A stretch of 64,000 bases of DNA from the human T2T-CHM13v2.0 reference genome, Homo sapiens, in NCBI RefSeq assembly GCF_009914755.1, contig NC_060925.1; one strand, 5' to 3'. The notes under the pieces are model-generated. The model was not told the DNA's origin, made no database searches, and worked only from the letters and a program-made list of their open reading frames with translations. The position numbers and the translations under genes were made by a program. This document shows positions 40,674 through 53,643 of this stretch, one piece after another (position 1 is the stretch's first letter; the number at the start of each line of letters is the position of its first letter).

Positions 40674-41766
40674 GTAAGTCTCCTTTTCATCCCAGCGGTA
40701 ATGATCATCTGACCTCCAGACTCTCAGTGTTTGATTCCTTTGTCTCACTGCCCTATGTCAATATTTCATTTGCATTACATGTTTTATTAAGCAGGTTTTC
40801 TAGACAGGCCCAAGACTCAAACATAAAGACTGCTCTTTTTTTGAGGCTGTTTTTATTTGTAAGTTATGTTAATCACCTCCGGGACACATTCAAGAACCAA
40901 ACAGGAAAGACACAAACCAATCTCTGGTAGTGAAAAAAATGGATTTCATATAAACTTCTATATAAAGTTTGTGATGAGAAGCATACTCAAATTTATGAAG
41001 GGTGATTTTTCAATGTTAAAAGCATAATATATTGTGCCAACTGTGGGTAGATAAGGTGTTGACTTTTAAATCAGCTGCTGTTCTCCTCTGCAAGATTTAA
41101 GTTCCTCTGCAAGATTTAAGTTCTCAAGATTTTACAATGTCCTCTGAGTTTCTGTTCTTCATAGCTATGCAAATGAGGATGCAATATTTTGTACATTGGA
41201 ATTTCTATTTTATATTTATGTAAATTGGAGGACATATTCTCCATTCCACATTGAATCACTGAAGCTCGTCACTGAACATGCATCGTTTGACATTCTAAAA
41301 TGAGTGAATTGAGGGGAAGCTGTGGGAGTGGGCTGCATCACGCAGCTCTACTGGCAGTTCTCTAGAGTTTGATTCTCAGTTGCATTTTCCTTGCTATTAC
41401 TGGGTCATGGAGGATGTTATTAAGGGCTAAAATGACTTCGTGGAGATTTGGAAGAATACTGGAGATATACTTCTATTTCAGCCCAAGAAAACATGCTATG
41501 CCCCCTTCTTCTTATGAATTGGAAACTTGATTCCATTGAATTTCAATGTCCTTACTGTGGAGGTAAAGCAGGTCATTACCTTGCTTCAGGCTACAGCAGT
41601 ACCAAGAAATTATTTGAATGAGAATGCCCCAAATTTGTAGCATGTAATTTTATAAAGATGTTTCTCAGACGTATACTATTTCAAAAAAGGTTTGGATTGT
41701 TTCTATTGACTTGTGACAGTTGATGCAATAGAAGACTCCTTTTAGGTAACATATATTTCTTGACAG

Positions 41767-41826
41767 AAAGATACTGAGGATGAAGTACGAGATATAATCC
41801 GCAGCAATATTCATTTACAAGGCAAG
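41767..41826 (+). CDS. RYR2: RYR2 exon (~73), 60 nt: KDTEDEVRDIIRSNIHLQGK
   Basis: gacAG acceptor, AAG|GTAAGC donor. Confidence 0.96.
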
Positions 41827-42082
41827 GTAAGCCAAATTTTATTCTTAAGCCACATTTACTACCTATACATTAGTTAATCTCTCTTTAAAATAATACTATA
41901 AATAATGTTACTTTAAACATTAAGGTAATAGACATATTTTAATTAGTCATTATCCTACTTGCAAAGCCTTTTGTATTAAAAATTCTAAAGATAATAAATG
42001 ATATATTTTTAAAGAAAATTACCAGAGATTGTCAAATTTTGGAAAAAATATATGTCATCAGTTGAAATACAGATTGGATGTA

Positions 42083-42224
42083 TTCTTTTTTAATTATTAT
42101 ACTTTAAGTTTTAGGGTACATATGCACAACATGCAGGTTTGTTACATATGTATACATGTGCCATGTTGGTGTGCTGCACCCATTAGCTCATCATTTAGCA
42201 TTAGGTATATCTCCTAATGCTGTC
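42083..42224 (-). mobile_element. L1PA extreme 3' end, heavily 5'-truncated
   Basis: TTATTATACTTTAAGTTTTAGGGTACAT...GTGTGCTGCACCCATT...TTAGGTATATCTCCTAATGCT. Confidence 0.92.
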
Positions 42225-42286
42225 CTTCTTGATAGAGGAGTTTTAGGGTCTTTTGGACGTAGAGAAGGTGTCTATAAGAAAATGTT

Positions 42287-42575
<289 letters not shown>

Positions 42576-42631
42576 TTACATGGAGCGATCAGTAATTAAA
42601 TATATATTTTTAAGAGTCGTTAGTCTATAGG

Positions 42632-43225
42632 TGAATTAGGCCATTTTTGCTTTACTATATAGAAATATCTGAGACTGGGTAATTTAGGAAGAAAAGAGGT
42701 TTAATTGATTCACGGTTCTGCAGGCTGTACAGAAAGTATAACACGGGCATCTGCTTTTGGGGAGGTTCCAGGAAGCTTAAAATCATGGCAGATGGTGAAG
42801 GAGAGGCAGGCATCTCGCCTGGCAGGAGCAGGAACAAGAGCAGTGAGGAGGGAGGTGCCACACACTTAAACAGCCAGATCTCACGAGAATCTTGAGGGCA
42901 GCACCAAGGGGATGCTGCGAAGCCACTTATGAAAGTTTTGCCCCGTGATCAACTCAGCTCCCACCAGGCCCCGCCTCCAACACTGAGGATTACATTTCCA
43001 CATAAGGCTGCTAAACCACTTATGAAAGTTTTGCCCCATGATCAACTCAGCTCCCACCAGGTCCCGTCTCCAACACTGAGGATTACATTTCCACATAAGG
43101 CTGCTAAACCACTTATGAAAGTTTTGCCCCATGATCAACTCAGCTCCCACCAGGTCCCGTCTCCAACACTGAGGATTACATTTCCACATGAGATTTGGGC
43201 AGGGACACAGATCCACACTATATCA
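42632..43225 (-). mobile_element. MaLR solo LTR (MSTA-like) with an internal 93-bp triplication
   Basis: TG...CA termini; 5-bp TSD ATAGG at 42627-42631 and 43226-43230; MST-type sequence. Confidence 0.92.
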
Positions 43226-44819
43226 ATAGGCTATATCGAGATTTGCAGCAATAGGAATAAGTGAGTTTACCTAAGGAGAAGAGAAGCGTGTACAGTTGGA
43301 ATAAAAACATGGATGGAAATCGATAGAACACCTACTTTTTAATGGTGGGTGAAAGAATTGTTAGAAGTAGTTTTGGCAATCCAGTGACCATTTACTATTA
43401 TTTGGAAATTTTTTATACCATTGAATAAATTATTCATTTGTTTATAAAACCTGTGATGCAGTTTTAAAAGTCAAGCTAGTATTTTGACTCAGCCTGTTGT
43501 CTTCTATTCTGGGTGTCCCTTCTGAGGAATTTTTTTTAATTATGAAAATACGCAAATGTCAAAAAGTAGCAACAACAATATAATATATGCCTTTCTGGGT
43601 ATTAAAATGTCTCTTTCCAAAGATCCAAATCATATGATTTTTAAATTAGCATTTTAAAGAATAAGATAAAGGTGAGACATGCCTTTACCATATTCACAAT
43701 GCACAAGTATTCATTCAGAGCAAATTTCATGTGAAGTTTGATGTGTACTCAGTTGTTTACTAACAATTCTTTTAGAGTGAGATTAATTACTATTAGAGTA
43801 TGATCTCTTTTCAGATAGCCAGAAGAATTTGAACATTTTTTTAAAAGTTTATAAAGCCTCTATTGGAACTTCAGAAGAAAAGTTTACACTACAAACATTT
43901 TTCCCCTATAGGGAGAGACACTAAATGTTTTTATGTACATGGGTATTTGAGAAGATCAGGTACCCCATGAAAGGGTGCAGGGGATCCCCAGGGGACCCTA
44001 GACCATACCTGGAGCACCATTATCTAGTTCAACAATTACTGAGTTAGAGACAGAGAGTGCTCAGTACCTCTTAAGAGGAGTCTGGGCCAATCTCAAGAAA
44101 TGGTCAAATAAAGGTGGTTATGATTATAAGCAGAAAGAAGTTTGTCCATTATATTCTAAAGGTCACTTGTAAGAATATTTTGGACAGTTTAGATGACGTA
44201 TTCAGGAGACAGGAAGAAGGAAGAGAGCAAAAAAGGAAACATTGATTGTCCATATTTCACCTCCAAATGAATAAGACCTGAAAATAAAGAGGTAATGAAT
44301 AAATATTCATCTTGTCATTTTATTCTACACTTTCTTAAACTAGGAGTTAGGCAGGCATATTAATGAGATACACAGATTTTCAAAAAATGAATTTTTTTAT
44401 TCCTAACTTCTTGAATACATTGTCTTGAAATTGTAGGGCTGTTCATCCTGAGGCCAGAGGAGTAATTTTATGTTAGAATAAAGATTCTACTTTATTAATT
44501 ATGTATTAAATAGAACTAAGAGTACAGATTAAAACCTGTAAGTATCAAACATAGTCCTCAGACTTAAAAAGTAAACGGATGAAAACATTTTATTTTATCA
44601 AAGGATAAGTAGTCTTTACAAATCATTTATCCCTATACAAAGCTCTATCTGTCTGTGTTTGCCTGTAGATGAAAATTATTTCTGACATTTTAACTAGGCA
44701 CTCTCAGTCTGGGAGTTGTGAAGTTTTAGATGTCATCTATTTATTTCTGCTTCATAACATTCAGTCTCCCATTTCTAATGGAGATTCTAAAGTAGAAGAC
44801 AAGGGGATTGCTTTGTCCG

Positions 44820-45173
<354 letters not shown>

Positions 45174-45688
45174 TGATATGTTCTACCCCCATTAAATTGC
45201 TTGCTTTTGTCAATTTCTATGACTTATAATAATGTTTCTAAACACATGAAGATTTCATATACGTTTTTCACCAAGGAAATTTGATGCTATTGAAAAGTAA
45301 AATGTGTAGACTCCTTTATGATGAGTGTGATTTTAAAAACATCTATTGATTTATATAATTTAATATCTTTGCCTCAGTGAAATTAAGCGCTGTTGTAGAG
45401 TCCAAATATTTATAGGTAAATGCTATCCTATATCCTTGCCCATAAAAGTAAACATAGAAATCTTTCTACAATTAGACTGTGAATGGGGAGGAGAAGAGCA
45501 TGGGTAGCCTTACCCATTTTGTTTTCCAGTTTCCCACTCATCCTTAAGCCCTAGTTACAACGTCTTGTGTTAAGGGAAATCTACCCAACCACCAAAGAGT
45601 ATGATAAATCTCACGGTATTTTATATTTTGTTTTAGTAGCCCTTATCACAATTTTAAATATTTGTTTAATGTCTGTCTTCTCTACTAG

Positions 45689-46037
<349 letters not shown>

Positions 46038-46039
46038 AA

Positions 46040-46297
46040 TATTTTTAATTTTTAATAATTGTATATAGTTAAGGTGTCCAACAGGATGTTTCAATATACA
46101 TAAGCATAGTCACATGATTAGTGTAGTCAGACAAATTAGCATATCTATCTCCTCGCATAGTTACCTTTTGCCTGTATGTGCTAAGAGCTCCTGGAATCTA
46201 CTCAGCAAATTTCCAGTATGAATTGCAGCATTATTAACTGTAATCACCATGCTGTACATTAGATCTCCAGACCTGTTCATCCTACATAACTGCAGCT
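46040..46297 (-). mobile_element. L1MA-type 3' end fragment
   Basis: ATTATTAACTGTAATCACCATGCTGTACATTAGATCTCCAGAC is typical of the antisense L1MA 3' UTR. Confidence 0.75.
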
Positions 46298-46430
46298 GCG
46301 CGTCATGTCTTAACTGGTAAACACTGTAAAGCCCAATAAATAATGATGGGTGGACTCTTCCTATCTTTAGATTGTAACCTTGTTTTTAGATTCCCATCTT
46401 CCCATTGTAACCTTTTCCTTTTTTCTGCAG

Positions 46431-46565
46431 TTGGAGGATCCTGCTATTAGATGGCAAATGGCTCTTTACAAAGACTTACCAAACAGGACTGATGATACCT
46501 CAGATCCAGAGAAGACGGTAGAAAGAGTATTGGATATAGCAAATGTGCTTTTTCATCTTGAACAG
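46431..46565 (+). CDS. RYR2: RYR2 exon (~74), 135 nt: LEDPAIRWQMALYKDLPN...ANVLFHLEQ
   Basis: Inside ORF 46380..46736; ctgcAG acceptor, CAG|GTCAGG donor. Confidence 0.97.
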
Positions 46566-47487
46566 GTCAGGCTTTGTGTCAATTCAATCATATTTGCCTT
46601 AGCCACATACAAATATTTTAAAAAGAGAATGTGTGTTAATTTGTTAACTATGACCCAAGAAACATATATGTTCAGCATATTCATTCTAAAGAATAAGAGT
46701 CCGGTGTGCTTAGTATTTCATAAAGACAATTTCTAAGCTTATAAATCTTGTAGCAATATATAGATTATATATTTTGGGAGATCCTGGCCTTTGTTTTGTT
46801 GTCTTTTTTCAAATATTTCTGAAAGTATTAGGATTATATTTTTAAATTATTCTAACCAAAAAATTCAGGAGTTACATCTGATTTCAAATACTTTATGCAT
46901 ACTTCATTTTTTAATATTGCTCATAAAAACATGTTTGAGATATTATCTTTTACCGGTTTAATATTTGAAACATTTTCTTTTTTGCCACTTGTTTAACCTT
47001 GCCTTTTATTAGGTATATTTTTGAGCTAATTTTCTCTGAAATCAGGAACAAATTACACTTAGAGAAGAACAATGCATTGATAGATATTAAAATCATGTAA
47101 GAAAAGTGTTTTTATATATTTTTTCAGTTGTGTCCTACTTTACACTACAAAGCTCAGTTTGATATTCATTACCTTTGCACAAGAATGTGTAAAACAAGAA
47201 TACTTGAAACATTATCAATGGGAGGGTCATATTTTTACAGAAGAGATCATCTGGCTTAGGTAAAATATCTGCAACACAGAGATATATTATCTATTTCTCA
47301 TCAAGTCCATTCAGCAAAATAATCACAGTGAAGAAGCTCATTGTAACTTGACCATCTGATCTGTCACAGGGCTCTTATGACAGATCATACTGTTGATGAC
47401 TTGGTTATTTTATACTAAATATAAAATAATAATAAGATGCCCTATGCCATCTCAGGAACTTTGCCACCTAAATGTATGTGTGTGTGC

Positions 47488-47518
<31 letters not shown>

Positions 47519-49560
47519 ATAAATTTCATAGATGATAAATTAAATTATATATATATAATTTTGTATTGCCTTTAGCCATATTTGAACATATTATCATAGC
47601 AATAATAAACATTTTGCTTGTATTCCTGTGAACCCTCACCCCTGCCCTGGACAGTTTAATAATGCAAAGATATCATCTAATGTAGTATCCTTTTAACTTC
47701 CTTCTTGCTTACTCAAATACCCTCCCCCAAACGTTAATAATTTCTCTATTGTCATGCAATTTATCACTACACTTGATGAGATTAAAGTCACTAGGATACC
47801 CTTAAGCTGTATGGCTATTAACATATATTTACGTTATCTAATACCTTGGAACTTAATACTTTCCCCTGAATAACTTACGTAATATTTTCATGAAATATTA
47901 AATAAATACAAATTATCATCAATCAGCAGATGACAAGACTTGTCATGAAATTTTAAGTGATTTATATAAAGTCATAGAGTTTTATCTCCAGAATTATATA
48001 TATATATGTTTAAGATTATTAAAGGTTAATTAAATGGCTACGAGAGGACCATTTCTGACAGCATTGCTCTACCATCAGTTTTTAATTCTTCCTAGTGTTT
48101 ATACATATATATAGATTTGCTTGAATAAATTCTAGATACATTAAATGAAGCTTATAGAAACTGATTCTATTTTATTATATTCCCATATATTCATAAATAT
48201 ATCCAATCATGATGAATGATGGCATTTCTCAAATGAGGTTCACTTTTCTAAGTATCCATTTATGCCTTGGATGTTTATGGAGTTCCCTGTCCTAGGGCAG
48301 CCTTATCCCCAGCAGACCTGGAGGACTGAGTGCTGTAAGAGAGGAAACAGACACTTAAACAGATAAATATGGGATGATACGGAGCTGTTAGGATATAAAA
48401 TGTGCTGAAGAAAGTATAGAAGCAACCCATACTTAATGTAGATATGAAGTAGGTAATCCCTGTATAAGTCTTAAGGTAGGAATTATCTAGAAAAAGTGGG
48501 AGGATCAGAGTTTTTCAAACTGTTAAGAATATGGCGAGATTGGTTTATCATGAGAGGAGGGTTTTGAGTTAAAAGAAATTGTCGATTATCAAAAATAAAA
48601 AGTGGGAGATATCCTCGTGTTTAATTTATGCCTTTAATATCCCTCTGCTAATGATAACATGTGACTGAGTCACAGAGGAGCGTGCAAAGAATATTTTAAC
48701 TTGCAAACGTCAGTGTAAAAAACAGTAGGTGGACAGGAAACACTTGTTGATTTAATTTATCTCAAGTATCAGCAGCCTGTTTTAGATGTATATTTTGTGT
48801 TGTATATCTGGTAAGTTTTCTTATGAGAGTAGGTTATCTCCAATGAATTTTCTAATAATCAAATTCTAGCCAAGCTAACACATCAGCACATCAAGACATT
48901 CAGACAGGGTTACAAGGTACATCTTTGTGTTCGCCTTTGGATCACATATCTCACAGATAACTATTTACTTATCATTGATTTAGAGGAAAGCACACTCAGG
49001 TATTTCCTGAAATACTTTAATAGGCAGGTAATAAAATGCCTGCCAAATGATAAGCTTCCTGGTGGCAGGAACCCTTTTTGTTGGATTTTTACTGTATCTT
49101 AAATGCCTTAGGAACTTAAAATATGTTTGTCAACTGTCACCCATGCTGATCATAATGCTGTAATTCCTGTAAAAAGCTATCATCTACAGACTGGGGTCTC
49201 AAAATGGAAATTTAAATTGAAGTATGTTGGGTCTCATTGAAAACTATTGCCCTTGATTGCTTTTACTTCTATGTTAAAGGCCTAACAGTGGTTTATTTCA
49301 CTTGACACAAGCATCAAGAAGATGATTGAAGTGGATAATTGTCACCACGTGTTTATTGATCATAGAGGGGGAAGAGCATCACAGAAATAAGTGCTTTTCC
49401 GTTAAACAAGTTGCCTCGTGAAAATTTCTAAACCACCGCAGTCCAAACATTTTAAATGTTTACTTCAGACATTATTACAATCATTTTTGACTCTTTACTG
49501 CAAAGGATAATAAATGTAGTTTTACTTTTTTAGCTAACATAACATTTTTATTTCTTTCAG

Positions 49561-49596
49561 AAGTCTAAACGTGTGGGTCGGAGACATTACTGTCTG
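49561..49596 (+). CDS. RYR2: RYR2 exon (~75), 36-nt symmetric cassette: KSKRVGRRHYCL, with non-canonical GG donor
   Basis: Branch-like CTAAC at 49534-49538 and tttctttcAG acceptor. The peptide matches the RyR2 sequence I recall (..FHLEQ-KSKRVGRRHYCL-VEHPQR..), which forces the junction at CTG|GGAAGT. Confidence 0.9.
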
Positions 49597-50286
49597 GGAA
49601 GTACAGTGCTCAATGGCCTAGAGATTACTAATTAATTTAGGTTTATATGTTGGGATTTTTTCTTTCTAATACAATTAATCTCTTTCTTCTCTTAGAGTTC
49701 CAAACACTATTAGTTATATAAATAACTTGCTTGCATCATTTATTGCAACTTTTGAATTTATATTTGTCCCTATCTAACAAAATATTTACATATTTTAACA
49801 TTTTTACCAAATTTACTCACTCCTAATACTGTGTTCACAAAGCGTTGTCTTCTTCTCTTTATCCTGCTGTATTAAAGAATAGTAGAATTTTTATTAACTG
49901 TCTCTTTTTGTGTTTATTACTTTAGCTCTTACAATAAAATTAGTTACAATGGACATATGAATAAGAATGAGGTAATATTTTATGTAGGCAGAAAATATGT
50001 ATTAAAATCATAAAGAACCAAAGAAAATTTTGAGAAGGAGATAAAATGATTTTATATGGAATGATTTTCTATTTCTTTGATTTTAGAGGTGACATAGCTT
50101 TGAAGTACACAGTATTGGGAAAATGTGATATTCTTACTAAGGGAATTATATAGCATTTGCAACTATCTAAATTTTATCTTTGGGTAACTTTTAGGATATG
50201 GACTTCTTCATGATAATCTTAAGGTACTTTTGGAATTGGAATTCCAAATATAGATTACTTAAGAGGGGCAACTGTTTAATACTATA

Positions 50287-50358
50287 TTTTTGAAGATAGT
50301 TTGGGGTGTAAATATTTATTTGTTTTTGAAGGTAGTTTGGGGTGTAAATATTTATTTG
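50287..50358. repeat. 36-bp tandem duplication just upstream of the exon 76 acceptor
   Basis: TTTTTGAAG(A/G)TAGTTTGGGGTGTAAATATTTATTTG, two copies, 1 mismatch. Confidence 0.95.
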
Positions 50359-50374
50359 TGTCATTCTACCTCAG

Positions 50375-50487
50375 GTGGAACATCCTCAGAGATCTAAAAA
50401 GGCTGTATGGCATAAACTACTGTCTAAGCAGAGGAAAAGGGCTGTTGTAGCCTGCTTCCGGATGGCCCCCTTATATAATCTGCCAAG
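50375..50487 (+). CDS. RYR2: RYR2 exon (~76), 113 nt: [37 protein letters not shown](R), the calmodulin-binding domain
   Basis: ctcAG acceptor, AAG|GTCGGA donor. Contains the established RyR calmodulin-binding peptide with anchors W3587, L3591 and F3603. Confidence 0.97.
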
Positions 50488-50789
50488 GTCGGAATTACTT
50501 TATTTTTTGTAATAGATCAATGTTATTTTTTCCTAGTAAGTGACAGGTGTTTAGAATCTACCTTAATAGGGGTACAATAGTCCAAGAGAAGGATGGAAAA
50601 GCTTTATTGATTCTTCTACATAAAACTTGACTAATTTTGTTGGATATTTTCGGAGAACTGTGGTCTTTAATGTAATTATTAAATGACTCTTACTGAGGAA
50701 TATCTGCTCACATATGTGAGGCAAGAGAGAGTCATTAGGAGTTCTTTCTTTGTCCTGGATTTGAATCAGAACATGATCTGAATCATTCT

Positions 50790-51010
50790 TTGGCATCAGA
50801 CTTGTCTTGATTTGAATTCTGACCTCCCAACTTCTCTGCCCCATGACATTGGTCAAGTTATTTACTGGCGAATTTTCTCATCTGTATCATAATGGGATCA
50901 GCCTTATAGAGTTGTTCAGATTATTTAATGGGTTGATGTATACAGAGTGCTTAGAAGTGAGCTAGTAGGTTTATGTCATGATAAATGTTAGTCATTATTA
51001 TTATTTTTGT
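50790..51010 (+). mobile_element. MIR fragment
   Basis: Matches the MIR core: TTTGAATTCTGACCTC...GACATTGGTCAAGTTATTTA...TTTTCTCATCTGTA. Similar MIR fragments lie near 13560-13750, 34740-34930, 37380-37570 and 53220-53370. Confidence 0.65.
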
Positions 51011-51675
51011 AATTATTAGCATTAGGGGAAAAGAACTGACTTATGGGAATAATGTAAAAAGATTTGACAGGCCCGTCAACCTTCTCTTAGACATAGAGCA
51101 GACATACTTAATAGAGAAGTAGCCTGGTACATTCAAGTCTGGCTTAGGTGGTCCAGGGTACCATTTCAGTCACCTTGGAGTTCTCTGAGAAACTATGCTC
51201 TTTCCCACTCTGAAGTTTATACAAATTGCATCACCTCTATGTCTCAGAAACAGGACTCAGCTCAGCTACATCTCTTTTGTGGAACATCTCTGACCAAGCC
51301 ATGCCCCTCTACTCCTTGCACATCATACCACTTTCCTACAGTATTAAGGCTATTTGTCTCTTTGATTCAGACTTTGAGATCCTGTACTAGTTTTGTTCCA
51401 TTTTCTTTCTTCAGCACCTAGAACAGTGACTTGTACATTGACATTCAGTAAGAGTTTGAGTGAATGTATAAGGCAAAGAAAAAAAAGAAACATAAGCAAA
51501 ACAAATAGAGGAAACATCATACTTTTCCCTTTTGCTAAGACAGCTGTATTTCTTGCCATCGTGTCACACTCACTGGGTCTAAAATGTATTAGCATCCTCC
51601 TCAAATGTGCTACTTCTCAATTCTCTGACTCAATTATGCTGTCACCTTTTGGTCAGATAGAATATTAACCTTAAT

Positions 51676-52251
51676 ATCTAGAACCAGAAATACCATTTAA
51701 CCCAGCAATCCCATGACTGGGTATATACCCAAAGGATTATAAATCATTCTACTATAAAGACACATGCACATGTATGTTTATTGCAGCACTGTTCACAATA
51801 GTAAAGACTTGGAACCAACCCAAATGCCCATCAATGATAGACTGGATAAAGAAAAAGTGGCACATATACACCATGGAATACTATGCAGCCATAAAAAAAG
51901 AATGAGTTCATGTCCCTTGCAGGGACATGGATAAAGCTGGAAACCATCATTCTCAGCAAACTAACACAGGAACAGAAAATAAAATACCACATGTTCTCAC
52001 TCATAAGTGGGAGTCGAACAATGAGAACACATGGATACAGGGAGGGGAACATCACACACTGGGGCCTGTCGGGGGGTGGGGGCAATGGGAGGGAGAGTAT
52101 TAAGACAAATACCTAATGCATATGGGGCTTAAAACCTAGAAGATGGGTTGATAGGTGCAGCAAACCACCATGGCACATGTATACCTATGTAACAAACCTG
52201 CACATTCTGCACATGTATCCCAGAACTTAAAGTAATGAAAGCAAAAAAAAA
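51676..52251 (+). mobile_element. L1PA7/8-like 5'-truncated insertion (end of ORF2, 3' UTR and A tail)
   Basis: Typical L1 3' sequence; ORF 51910..52116 is an ORF2 C-terminal remnant; TSD AGAATATTAAC(C/T)TT on both sides. Confidence 0.95.
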
Positions 52252-52499
52252 GAATATTAACTTTGAATTCACATTACATTTCTTTTTGGTTACTCCTATA
52301 CTGTCATTGCCCAGATTTCATCAGTTTCCCTTTGAACTACTTCACATTCCCATCCTTCCCTCCATCACCACCTCTTCAAGTCGCTTGTTCCTTGCCTCAT
52401 ATCAAGTTGATGGCAGTGGTTTCTGAGTTAGTTTCTGTGATGTCATAGAGTTCTTCCATCCTCTCCAAAATGTCATTTTCAAAATGGTATCCTTTATTC

Positions 52500-52660
52500 C
52501 AGTGGTTCGCCAACCTGGTGCTTTTAAGAAACACACTTAAACTCATTTAAAAAGTATTCAGGCCTCAACTTATTAAATTAGAATTTCAGTGAGAGCCCAG
52601 CATGTGTGCTACTTAAAAGCTACACAGGTGACTCTGATGAACCCAGAAGGCTGAGTCTGT
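52500..52660. mobile_element. MER5-like hAT MITE
   Basis: CAGTGGTT...AACCTGG start; CAGGTGACTCTGATG near the end. Confidence 0.5.
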
Positions 52661-53546
52661 GCTTTGGCATGCCACTCTCACATACAAGAATGTATGATGA
52701 TTTCTAGCAGTTCCGGCTGCGTTGGCAGTTGCCCCCTCTGATTTCCAAGGCCCTTCATAAACCTGTCTAACTGTTACGTCTCATGAGTCCTTAACCCAAT
52801 TTGTTATCATAAAGCTCAGCTTTCCATCCTGCAATGGCACCGTCTCTCATTCTATCACATCTGTTGTTGTTTTATGATGTTCCCTTCATGACATTCTTTT
52901 ATTCTTTCTTACCTTGACATCTTATCCACATCTCTTACTAACTTCATCATGAATTCCACTGATTCTTCTCATCTGCACTGGTCTTTTTTCACAGGCGGCC
53001 ATTTATGATAAGTAGTGCAGGGTTTAATCTTTGAGTATGTACTCCCATAAAGTTCACTTAATACCTTTTGTTTTGGAATCCTCAGGGCCATCCATTTGTT
53101 TTTTAATGTTTGCTTGGACAGAGACTAAGTCCTCTATTGACACTGATTACATTGCTTATCGAGAGACATGTTATATGATAATAGTCATTTAATGAACATC
53201 TAATCAATGCGATTTACATCCTTTATCTCATTTTAAGGCTTACAAAACTGAAATGTGGTTGGAGTTATCCTGGTTTTATAAAGGAATAAACTGAAATTTG
53301 GGAAAGTCGAGTCACTTGACCAATGTTACAAAGCTTGGAAATGACTGAGCCAGGATTGAAATGCAAGTCACTGTGCGCTATGTTTGCTGCAAGAAGCATT
53401 GTCTTTCAGGAGGAGAGTCAAGAATAGAGAATTTATTTCTATTTTACACTTTCAGTGCACAGATAATCTAGTAATAAAGCACTACTCAATACAATTTCAA
53501 CTTATTTTCTAAACACCCTTTTTCTGAAATTGTGCTTACCTTTCAG

Positions 53547-53643
53547 GCATCGGGCTGTCAATCTCTTTCTTCAGGGATATGAAAAGTCTTGGATTGAAAC
53601 AGAAGAACATTACTTTGAAGATAAACTGATAGAAGATTTAGCA
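53547..53643 (+). CDS. RYR2: RYR2 exon (~77), 97 nt: HRAVNLFLQGYEKSWIETEEHYFEDKLIEDLA
   Basis: ttcAG acceptor, GCA|GTATGT donor. Confidence 0.96.

Noticed and set aside
41084-41121. 19-bp direct duplication (similar small ones at 25172-25213 and ~54063-54090)
   Set aside because: Ordinary slippage microduplications with no evident function.
42881-43264. Overlapping ORFs with 31-aa repeats; superficially CRISPR-like periodicity
   Set aside because: Explained by the 93-bp tandem triplication in a MaLR LTR; there are no unique spacers and the DNA is eukaryotic.
49597-49606. GT at 49601 as the true exon 75 donor
   Set aside because: Gives a 40-nt exon that shifts the frame of the calmodulin-binding exon and does not match the RyR2 peptide.
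51910-52116. ORF with an L1 ORF2 C-terminal peptide
   Set aside because: Remnant of a 5'-truncated L1 that cannot encode functional ORF2.
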